Shown here: positions 11,043-22,800 of the stretch, piece after piece | How positions within the stretch are numbered: position 1 is the stretch's first letter | Layout of the letters: every line of letters starts with the position of its first letter | Assembly: GCF_964355755.1 (NCBI RefSeq) | Contig: NC_092675.1 | Span: forward strand, 17,518,912-17,582,911 | DNA: 64,000 nt | Source: Antedon mediterranea | Taxonomy: Eukaryota; Animalia; Echinodermata | Direction of reading: 5' to 3' | Notes under the pieces: model-generated | What the model was told of the DNA's origin: nothing | The model's input: only the letters and a program-made list of their open reading frames with translations | The model's database searches: none | Program-made: the position numbers and the translations under genes

Positions 11043-12553
11043 TAATAATAATAATAATAATAAATACTTTATTTTAACACGGAAAAGCTTGTGTCACCAT
11101 AAAGGTGTTCTTCTACAAGGCCGTGATCAACTAACAGTAGTACATTACACATTTAAAAATAACAAATTTTTAAAAATAACAAATTTTAAAAATAACAAAT
11201 TAGAGAACAAAAATATATGAACAGAAACCTTAATTACATTTGTGATAAGAGTACAAAATAAATAATAAATCACACCAATAATTTTTTGAAAGTATTTAAA
11301 TTTGTGGCATTTTGCATTGTTTTTTTTTAGAGTATTCCATAAACTAGCACCATGATATGAAAAACTTTTTTTTTTATATTCTGTTTTGGGTTTATTCAAT
11401 TTTAATCCCGATTTTAATACATCCTTTGATCTTGTATTGTATGTGTCTAGTTTGGGTGTAAATAGTTCGTTTAGATATGGTGGTGCTTGATTATGGAATA
11501 TTTTATATAACATTTTGGCTTCATTATTATGTAGTTGAGTATTAAGATTTATCCAGTTTAAGTTTTGCAGGGCTTGTGTACTTGAGTCGTATTTCCTTGT
11601 TTTTGTAATAATTTTGGCTGCTCTGTTTTGTAGCATTTGTAGTTTATTAGTATTTTTTTTATTTGATCTGCCCCACACAATATTACAATAGTTAAACTGT
11701 GGAGAGATAATACTATTATACATTAAGCAAGATACATGTTTTGGGACGAGATTTGAAGATTTTTTTAAGTAGTACAAGCCTGGCAATACTTTACTTTTAA
11801 CATTATCTATTTGTTTATCCCACAGTAAATATTCATCAATAACAACACCTAGATGTTTACAGCTTTTTACTCTTTGTAGCCGAACATTGTCTATGTTTAA
11901 ATTTAGATCAATGTTTGCTAATTTTGCAAGCCTTTGTTGTGTTCCTATAAACATACACTGAGTTTTATTTACATTTAGACTAAGCTTGTTACTTGCTAGC
12001 CATGATTTGATTTTTTTTAAATCTTCATTAATTTTTGCAAGTACTTCATTTATATCAGAAAGATGCAAAGTAAAGAGCTGTATCATCTGCATACATACTA
12101 ATCTGTACACTATTTACATGCTTTGGTAGATCATTTACATAAAGTATAAATAAGAGTGGTCCCAAAATTGATCCTTGGGGGATTCCACAATTACTATAGC
12201 ATTTATCTGATCGGACACCATTTACTTGTGTTAAGTGCGTACGATCACAAAGATAGTCTTTAAACCAATTTATAACATCTAAGTTAAATGATTTAAGCTT
12301 GTCTATAAGTATGGTATGGTCTACCGTGTCGAAAGCTTTTTTCAGATCAAGCATGACTAAACCTATATACTTCCCACAATCAATATCATTTATCCAATCT
12401 TCTGTAATGTTTAATAATGAAGATACAGTAGAGAAATTAGGACGAAATCCTGATTGGTAAGCATAAATCATATTTTTTGAGTTAATAAATTGATAGACCT
12501 GATCAAATACAACCCTCGCGATAATTTTAGAAAGAATTATTATTATTATTATT
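11043..12553 (-). mobile_element. 5'-truncated non-LTR retrotransposon (CR1/L2/Crack group) RT, frameshifted
   Basis: ORFs 12055-12579 and 11145-12110: QSGFRP, LDLKKAFDTVDH, GIPQGSILGPLLF, YADDT, LSLNVNKT, LQNRAAK; frameshift near 12060; 3' (TTA)n tail at 11043-11062. Confidence 0.93.
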
Positions 12554-13297
12554 TTAGAAAGAATTATGCGACGTATCATGCTCTTATGAGGTAACTAAAA
12601 ATCCATCGACACATTCTCGACGCACGTGGCGCACTACTTCAAATGTAAAATAATCGACGGCTGTACAAATAAGTCTAGGAAAGTTACAATTATCTTAATT
12701 ATCTGGTGGCCGCCAGATAATTAATTGGCGGCCGCCAGATAATTAAGTGGCGGCCGCCAGATAGTTAAGTGGCGGCCGCCAGATAATTAAGTGGCGGCCG
12801 CCAGATAATTAAGTGGCGGCCGCCAGATAATTAAGTGGCGGCCGCCAGATAATTAAGTGGCGGCCGCCAGATAATTAAGTGGCGGCCGCCAGATAATTAA
12901 GTGGCGGCCGCCAGATAATTAAGTGGCGGCCGCCAGATAATTAAGTGGCGGCCGCCTGAGATAATTAAGTGGCGGCCGCCAGATAACAGCATTTAAAATA
13001 TAGTTAACTTGTGGCCCGAACGGGCTTCCGTATGCATGGTCTAACTCTTATAATTATTTTTTACCTCCATGCTCTTATCTTAAAATTAGCTACACTATTT
13101 ACAACCACCCATCAGACACTAGAGGGTGACAAAAAATATTATACCAGTTTGTTTTTGGTATTTAGATTTTTCACACTGCTGCTTTAGTCAGCTGTGTCCC
13201 AAGAGGACTACTCATTCAGAAGCTATAAAGCAAGCAGCAGTTATAGTTCTAGAAGCCGACGTTTTTGATAATTTGTAAACTACTGTAGAACTGGTCA

Positions 13298-14350
13298 GGG
13301 TGTCTAGAAAACTCAGATCTCGGATATATCTGAGTTTTCTAGATCTAGAAATACTGTAGTATACTTACCATATACCATATTACTGGAAAACTCAGATGTC
13401 TGAGTTTTCTACTGTAGATCTAGAAAACTCAGATATAAAGATCTGAGGTTTCTAGTTCCAAAATTGAAATAGAAAACCCAGATCATCAATGGATAGTTCC
13501 ATTATTAATATTATCAGAGGGTAGCTTGTTTGAAATACTACAGTATTATACGTTTTCTTACTAATAATAATAATTATTGAATGTAACTTGTAGTTAACGG
13601 CCTATGTTGAATCATAAAGAAATACAGTATACGCCTTTTAAAATGTAGGCTTAGCATTTAGGCCTAGCTAAGCAAACTCAATTCAATTGGCTCAGCGTAT
13701 TGGCGCTATTGTGATGTATTGCGAAGATTAGGCCTGGCCCGGGTACTAGGCTAGAAATGGTACCCAAAACCCAAACTCGTACCCAAAATAACTCTAAAGC
13801 CTGGTTTCCATAAAATCGCTACACGACAGAGCGTAGCGATTCTATGGAAACGCTACAGTTTATCGGGGATCTAGAGTACGCGTATACGATTCATCGCCGA
13901 CAAAATCGGCAAAGTTGAACATGGTTGAACTTTGCCGATTTGACTGCGATGAATCGGGGAGCCTTCCCGATTGCGTCGGCGACATCTGCGTGTGTAGCGA
14001 TTTTAATGGAAACGCTGTAGCGATTTTAATGGAAACCAGGCTTTACCTATTCCCAACTTGTACAATACCTAATTTGTAAGCCTACATTTTAACAGTAACA
14101 TGCACTGTATTTTCTTTATGATTTAAGGCGTAGGCCGCTTCTACATGTTACAATATTAGTAAGAAAACGTACACAGTAATCAGTTTCAATAATACTCTAG
14201 TATTTCAAATGACCTACCTTCTGATTAATAATGGAATGATCCAAATGACATACCAACCAATCATATGATGATCTGAGTTTTCTAGTTCCAGAATGGAACT
14301 AGAAAACTCAGATATGTGACTTTTCTAGATCTAGAAAAGTCAGATATATA
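13298..14350. mobile_element. Large degenerate palindromic MITE/foldback element
   Basis: CTAGAAAACTCAGAT subrepeats at both ends; 13440-13665 is the diverged reverse complement of 14068-14300. Confidence 0.7.
13798..14042. mobile_element. PIF/Harbinger-like MITE nested in the palindromic element
   Basis: TIR AGCCTGGTTTCCAT...ATGGAAACCAGGCT; TAA/TTA flanks; internally palindromic. Confidence 0.8.
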
Positions 14351-15975
14351 CAAAATACAAATACAAAAGATATTCACTTTAACTTTAACACTTTAAAAAA
14401 ATAATATTTATTTACGTATAAAAAGAGAAAATGAACATTTAATTATAACCCAAAAACCATTGTCTGACAATTTAAGTATTTTTTGCTTTAGATTACAATT
14501 TTTTCAGGTAAATAATTGTTTGGTTAACGTGAATAACTGTTATGTGACAATAAAATGACACATTCAAAAACAAATTTGAAATAAAAATATTTTTCAGGGG
14601 GACAATATATCTTTAAAACTGTTACGTCAATAAGCGAGCAGCGTTTTTTGTTAGAAATATTTCTTGTTTATTTTGTTTATGGTTTTTTTTGGTTATTTTC
14701 AGTTGTTTTTCGGTAATTACTGTAGACTGACCGGAAAATATTTTAAACTACTGTAGTTAGACAAAGAAGTAGTAACATATAGGCCTACTGTAGTTAGTGC
14801 TGCTATTTAGGCTACCTCCTATGATCGGTTTATGAAGAGATCACGTTTTATTTCGGTCGGGCGAAATATCGTATACTTACATTTTAATGTATGTTTATCC
14901 TATACTTAGTGTTTTGATTTTACAGATTTCAATGAAGTAATGCGCTTTTTTGAAAATCATAAAAAAAATTAGTTCCTAAAAAGATTACCACTGATTTAAA
15001 GTTTTGAAAATGTTAATTTAATATGATTTTAAAATTAGTTACCATAGCCTGATTATTATTACGAATCTCGTTCCCTACACAAACAAACTCATATAATGAG
15101 GCTATAAGTTATAGTACATAGTAGGCCTCTTTTGAAGCGGTTTTCTGTATTCTAGAATTAAAATCAACATGTTTTGACTTTTCAATAATAACGTAGGCTA
15201 CATTAGTTTTTGACACACGCGACGGCGATACAGTAATAGCGATAAATGAAGCATAAAGAAAATGTTAAGCGGTTGATCAATGTTTTCGCGATAAAAAAAA
15301 TCGTAATGCAATTTTTCCGTACATTTAGCAAACGGAAGTTAGGATACGGTACCGTATCTTTAGCCATGGCGCGTTACATAAAATATTTTATAGGGAACAT
15401 AGGCTTTGTCTGTGTCTTATTTACTTCCGTCAAGGAGGTATATGTAATCGGTAGCGTGTGTTTGTTTGTTAGCAGGATTACTTAAAAGGGAATTACAAGA
15501 TCTTTAACCAAAATGAATATACAGATAGATATGTGGTCAAGGACTATTCCATTACATTTTGGGACCATGGTTCCAATTCTGGACCACTTTTTAGTTTACT
15601 TTTCAGACCTGCTCGTGTTAAAAGATAGGACAGAAGCCGGCGAGCAGTCTTAACGTAACATTAACAAGTGAACTGAAATTGAATTTTCTCCACAACTACT
15701 TGTCCAAAAAACTTCATTTTTGTACAATGAGGCAAGAGTTATAATTTGTGATTTGTAATTTTAAAACATAATTTGATTTTAATGTGCCAAGTTTTTTGAT
15801 GCGAGTAGTTTAAAACATCTATTTCTTTTCAAATCCCCTCGTTTGATTTTCGCGTTGCTGTTCTATTGTTAATCAACTGAAGCTATTGTTACATAACCAT
15901 TACACCAAACTCGCATACACATGCTTGTAGTGAAATTAGCCTAAATCAGAAACAGCATTAAGACACATACAAATA

Positions 15976-16006
<31 letters not shown>

Positions 16007-16700
16007 TTCGGAGAAATCTTTGTAGGAGAATTAATAAAGAACAAATAAAAACAAAATACAGTTACATTTTCTAGAAATAATAGATAATAATTGAGAAAAA
16101 GGGTACCCCACTGGAAGCTTTCTAGTTTTATATGCAACAAATTACGTATAAACAATTTATTTATAAACAATAACATTCATCCTGCATTTTACTATTAGTA
16201 TTGCAATAAACATTTGATTTAATAATAAGACCGGATAAAGCTATCCCAGCACTATTCAATATAAATTGCATCATGTTTCAAATCGTCGTTAAAAATTAGA
16301 ACATGTATTCGATCAAGATTGTTTTATAACCAAAACGGTTTGAAAGGAATTTCTTCAGTAAACTGATCATTATGCGGTTGATTAAAAGGCTACTCACAAT
16401 TCTGTTAATTATACTTCATCGATCAAAGATGTCTTCCATATCATGAAAAGGCTGTATATGTGTTTTCGATCTAATTAAACTACATTTTATGTTAAAATAA
16501 CTAGGCTATGTGTGCTTATTGCAATAATGTTAATACATCACAACATTGTGCATGTGTAAAGAACAAAACTGAGATTTTTTAGACAAGTAGTGTTTTAAAA
16601 CATGTTGACGGAAAGAAAGAAAAAACTGAACAGAACCCAGTCAGCTGAACTGGGAAATAACCATATAATTCTTGGTTTTATAGTAAGTTGCGGGAAAAAG

Positions 16701-16850
16701 ATGGCTAATGCACAAATTGTGTTGCAGAAAGAGGCAGCAGACTCAAAGACAAACGAGGATTACCATGGGGATGTGACATTCTCACCTTTTCTGTACCAGC
16801 AAAGACATTCAGCAGTTCTTGAGGTTATCAGAAAGCTACAACCTACAAAA
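16701..16850 (+). CDS. HENMT1: HENMT1 exon 1
   Basis: MANAQ...FSPFLYQQRHSAVLEVIRKLQPTK; donor GTATTT. Confidence 0.88.
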
Positions 16851-19800
16851 GTATTTGTTTCACTTCATCTATTTTATAGTGTTGCCATGCCAATAGTATA
16901 ATTTCCCAGTTATCTGTAATCTAATATTCTTCCCACATCTTATAACAAATTAAGAATATTGCTTCTTGAATTATGAGAAGATAAGCCTACAGTGATCCTT
17001 TTTGATGTAGTCTGGGCTCCATACGGAGTTTTGTCTTAATATTAGTAAAAATATAAATATTTTTGCACATATGGCGTTTCATAGGTGTATTACTTGTGTT
17101 TGGATACTCCGTCTGGGGAAACACTCACAAAATTCTTGGTGCATAGATTATCCAGTTGACTAGTTTCAGCCGCATGCGATTGGCTACTCACTCGTACGCG
17201 GTTTTAATATTCATATTTTAGAATTTCAAAGACTCGCAACAACTAAGATGATGCGCATGCGCTATGTTACGTTTAGACAATGTGTGGAGACGTACACACG
17301 TGTGTACTTTTGTACATTGATGAAAGATTTTATGTGCCTAGTATAGTCTGGTAAACATTTGATGGGAAAACTCTTCTTGATAATGGCATATTCAACACGC
17401 ATACGAGAAGTGTGTTGTATAACACCAAAGAGATTCCGTGTAAAGAGATTTTAATTGTGAAAAAGGCTACTTGGTTGAATCCTACAATTTTGTGGATGGT
17501 ATTGTTTTGACCTCTCGTTAAATAAAAGTATGTGCTGTGAAAATTTTGACCAAATCTAGTATATAATTGTGCTTTTGTTTGCATATTTTAACTGATAACA
17601 CTAACATATATTTCAAAAGCAGATTTAAAAAATCAATAACTGAAGAAACCAACTTTGGATTATGAACTATGGTATAACATGGTATTATTAGGTTATATGC
17701 ATGATACGCATATAACCTCTTGATTCTGTCAGAATCTTTATTTATTTCTTTATTAGGTTATATGCATGATATGCATATAACCTCTTGATTCTGTCAAAAT
17801 CTTTATTTATTTATTTATTTATTTATTTATTCTTTCCTTAGCACTATTTGTCCGTGAATTATCTTGGCATCAGTTTCATCTATCTAAGTCAATTTTTCAG
17901 AATATATTCCTTATGGCCAGGAATCGATGTGGTTATGTTTTCACGATGCGCAATCAAAAATTACGCGGTCTACGCGCGATTCAACGAAATCACGTTTGTA
18001 ATCATATCTTCACAAACATGAATCACTTTTAAACAAAATTTGGTACTCATAAATTTCAGGTCATATTTCATCATATGGCAATACAATTACGTGCGTAGCG
18101 CATATAACGCATGCGTACGCGCGCTTAAAATGTTCAAAATTGTCAGAATTTATTTTCGATGAAATAAGAGTACGTTTCAGGCAATTTTAAGCGTTTAAAA
18201 AATTGCCATGAGTGCGAAGATTTTTGCACGCGCACTGCGCGTCAAACGTTAATGCGCACTGTTTGTGTTCGATTACTGTTGTATAACCTTTCTTTAATAA
18301 TATCATCATATTTTATTCACTTTTCAACGCGAAACAGCGTTATACGAGCACGTCAAAAGTGACGGGCTACGCACGTGTAAGTTAACAAAATGGTGAAAAT
18401 ATGCTAAATTTTAAAATTAATATATATCGTTAGAATGCTCGGGAACACCTATTTTTTATTTAATTTTCTTGAAGTGTATGTATCATATGTATGATTTATT
18501 ATGAAATTAGAAAAACAAAAGTTGATTAAGTCATCATTAATGGCATATTAATTAATTTCGACAATCAAACAAATTATAACATTTTCTTAGGCCAAAATAA
18601 CAAACTTAACGTTAACTTTCTTCCTTAAGAAGTTCATATATTAAAGTTAAAAGTATATAGTTTGACAGTGCATCATTTTTTTTAATTTTTAAAGATGTCA
18701 TCATAGTAAAACATTATAATTCATTGCGGTATGTAATAATCTATCTGCACCAAAGTGGTTACTGCATAGTAAATACACGGAGGAATCTTTCCATAAATTT
18801 TAGTCAGTTGTGTATGGCTCGGTGGTCTTTGCTCGTGTCTATAGCATTCAAGTACCGAGATCGAGTCTCACCTTGGGAAACGAAACAAAATAAGTTTTTT
18901 TTTATTATCCGTATTGTTTGTTCAAATTTATTTCTTAGTGTATAGATTATACACATGATTTATAATGAAATCTAGATAAAAATTAACTTATGTCTTTATT
19001 ATTATGTAACAACAAATGTGGTTTATGACATTATACGCATATGGATCTTTGATCGGATTGTGATACCGGCTATGGTGTTCGCGTTAGCAAGGTCCTATCA
19101 TATATTATAAATAATTAAAGATTCTGAGAAAATCAATCAATCAATTTATATATTTTAAAAATCAATTATCTTTATTTAAATCAATGCATATAACCTATAA
19201 TTCGTCATAGTGACGAATTAAATCTAGTTTATTTATTTATTCTTTCCTTAGCACTATTTGTCCGTCAATTATCTTGATATCAGTTTCATCTAACTAAGTC
19301 AATTTTTCAGAGTATATTCCTTATGGCCAGGAATCGATGTGGTTATATTTTCACGGTGCGTAATCAAAAATTACGTGGTCTACGCGCGATTTTACGAAAT
19401 CACGTTTGTAATCATATCTTCACAAGCATGAATCACAATTAAACAAAATTTGATACTCATAAATTTCAGGTCATATTTCATCATATGGCAATAAAATTAC
19501 GTGCGTAGCGCATATAACGCTTGCGTACGCGCGCTTAAAATGTTCAAAATTGTCAAAATTTATTTTCGATGAAATTAGAGTACGTTTCAGGCAATTTTAA
19601 GCGTTTAAAAAATTGCCATGAGTGCGCAGATTAACGTTAATACGCACTCTTTTTGCCCGATTTCTGTTTTACAATCTTTCTTTAATAATATCATCATATT
19701 TGATTCAGGTTTCAACTCGAAATTGCGTTATACGAGCACGTCAAAAGTGACTGGCTACGCACGTATAAGTTAACAAAATTTAAAATTAATATATATCATC

Positions 19801-22800
19801 AGAATGCAGGGGAACACCTATTTTTTATTTCATTTTCTTGAAGTGTATGTATCATATGTATGATTTATTATCAAATTAAGAGAACAAAAGTTGATTAAGT
19901 CATCATTAATTGCATATTAAATTTAAAAAAAATAATTTCGACAATCAAACAAATTATGACATTTTCTTAGGCCAAAATAACAAACTTAACATTAACTTTC
20001 TTCCTTCAAAAGTTCATATATTAAAGTTAAAAGTATGTAGTTTGACAGTGCATCATTTGTTTACATTTTAAAGATGTCATCATAGTAAAAAATTATAATT
20101 CATTTCGGTATGTAATAATCTATTTGCATCAAAGTGGTTACTGCATAGTAAATACACGGAGGAATTTTTCTACAACTTTTAGTCAGTTGTGTATGGCTCG
20201 ATGGTCTGTGCTCGTGTCTATGGCATTCAAGGTACCGAGATCGAGTCTCACCTTGGGAAACGAAATAAGATTTTTTTTTATTATCCGTATTGTTTGTTCA
20301 AATTTATTTCTTAGTGTATAGATTATACACATGATTTATAATGAAATCTAGATAAAAATTAACTTATGTCTTTATTATTATGTAACAACAAATGTGGTTT
20401 ATGACATTATACGCATATGGATCTTTGATCGGATTGTGATACCGGCTATGGTGTTCGCGTTAGCAAGGTCCTATCATATATTATAAATAATTAAAGATTC
20501 TGAGAAAATCAATCAATCAATAAATCTTTTAAAAATCAATTATCTTTATTTAAAAATCAATGCATATAACCTATAATTCGTCATAGTGACGAATTAAATC
20601 TAGTTTAATGTATAACTGCAAAGTTTTTGCAGGGTTGAATTAAGGCATGTTCAAATTTAGGGTGTTGTTTAAACACAGACATAATTTCTTAGTGGTTCAT
20701 GATAGTAGATATTGCATTTAATGATTGAATATAAAGTTTAAATAAATAATACATTAAATGTCTAAACAGTTACAGTTTTTAAATCAATACTATATTTTTC
20801 ATACAATATATAGGTGATAGACATGGGATGTGGAGAATGCCAATTACTCAGAAAGATAAAGCAGGAGACCATGATTGAACATCTTATTGGTGTTGATGTT
20901 GATGTCAGTTGTTTAGAATGTAGTAAGTTTATCATCAAGCCTTTGATATCTGACCACCTAATGCCAGTCCGAGAAAAACCTATGGTTGTACAGCTGTATG
21001 AGGGCAGTGTTGCTGATTATGATGACAGACTTAGTGGTGCTGATCTTTTTGCATTTGTTGAAGTGTTAGTATGACTGATCCTTAGCATTATACCTATGTA
21101 CAGTACATTTGTGACACAATGTCAGATTTGTTATCATTTTCTTTAGTCCCTAATATCACTAATGTTACTAAGTTATCATAATGGCCAGATAATTGAGAAT
21201 AAAATATATATTTTTATATTAGCTTAATTCGGTATAAAGAGGTATTCTATATACAGTATCAATATAACTACTAGTATATTTCCTTTTACTGCTAAAAAGT
21301 ATAGTAAATTACAATAAATACATTAGTGTAAACATTTGTGACAATGTAAGTGGGTCTTAAGTTTAATTTGTAGATGCCACCAGGAAACAGGAAACCCCTT
21401 AATATAAAGACTTCAGATGTAAGGAAGCTGATGAAGGAATATTTAAAATAACAATAATTAACACACTATTCAACATATAAATTACTTATAACCTAATTAA
21501 GATTAATTATCACATTGGTACTTTCCCAGACAGACTTCCTTTATTTGTACCAAATTCCCTACAGAAAAACAACATTTACACAAATTATGTCACCAATATG
21601 GTGAAAAAAAGAGAAAAATGTTGGGCCAATGCAAGATCCTTGGTGAACTTCAGTTTTCAAATAACGAAAATATATTGGTATATTATCTTTATTTCCATAC
21701 AACATAAAAAATTGAATACGATATAGAAAATATAAGTGCCATAGCAACAAATAAGATGAATTGGGGCACTCATTTACAATGGTTAAAAAATATAAAAATC
21801 ATACATAAAAAAATTGTAAAAGAATAATATTAATATTGACTTTCTTCATTATGTGTGAGCCAACACGGCATGAAAGGCAGCACAAGAACCAGGGCCATGC
21901 CCCCAACTACCCCAGACGTGGCAACTTCCAGATGTCAAGAATATTACTGAGAGAAAATATGGAAAATCTGAATACTTATTTAAAATCTTAATGTTCTTAT
22001 TTCTTCAAGATATGACTTGAACCAATTAACAATAATTAACAATATTATAGCATTGTGTTTCTAATGTAGTCTTAATTTTAATTATGGATATACATTTGAA
22101 CATACAGTTTTTGTATATGTAAATAGTTCATTTACTTATAAATGTAAAATCAATCTAAAATTTATTTTGATTACTTGTCAATTCACTATTTTTGTCTCTA
22201 AAGGATAGAACATCTTAACCCAGAAGTATTGCAGAAAGTTCCAGAAACCATTTTTGCTTCAATGAAACCAAACTGTGTTATTATTACAACTCCAAATTCA
22301 GAGTTTAATGAGCTTTTCAAAGATTTTAAAGGATTTAGACATTGGGATCATAAATTTGAATGGACACGACAGGAGTTCCAATCTTGGTTAGTATCAATCA
22401 ACAAATCATTAAGTTATCATTCATCAGGGGCAGATCCAGCCTGTTGAAATAGCCAAGACCAGAAACCAAGTACTTTTTTAATTTTGGATAAATGACACCC
22501 CTAGATGGTCGGAATTTGTGCACTCGCACATAAAATTCATGATAAATGGCACCTCTAATTGGCCACAGCAATCAGCGATCGTATTCTTTTTTGCGTTAAA
22601 TGCATACCATATTTGTAGCTTATATAGATGCATGCTGGAAGATGCACTCAGCCAATTGGTAATTTAAAATATTTACTACAATTAAATTCAATAATTCTGT
22701 ATGCAGTCCTGTTTAGTTTAATTTAAGTTATACAAAGCTGTGCAGCTGTGACAAAAGTCAGGCGGCAATCACCCAAAAGGCAAAAAGGTCTTTTTAGACC

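Larger units (their letters stand above)
10342..13032. mobile_element. Foldback-type TIR transposon with subterminal 22-bp NotI-containing arrays
   Basis: TIR TACGGAAGCCCGTTCGGGCCACAAGTTA; 12 left and 13 right inverted copies of TTATCTGGCGGCCGCCACTTAA; 2-bp TSD (TG, or TA if the termini are read 2 bp inward). Confidence 0.9.

Noticed and set aside
16602-16700. Upstream in-frame ATG extending HENMT1 by 33 aa
   Set aside because: No Hen1-like sequence, and ATG 16701 has the better context (AAGATGG); cannot be fully excluded without 5' data.
21425-21450. Additional hammerhead (CTGATGAAGG)
   Set aside because: No stem II or GAAA box follows.
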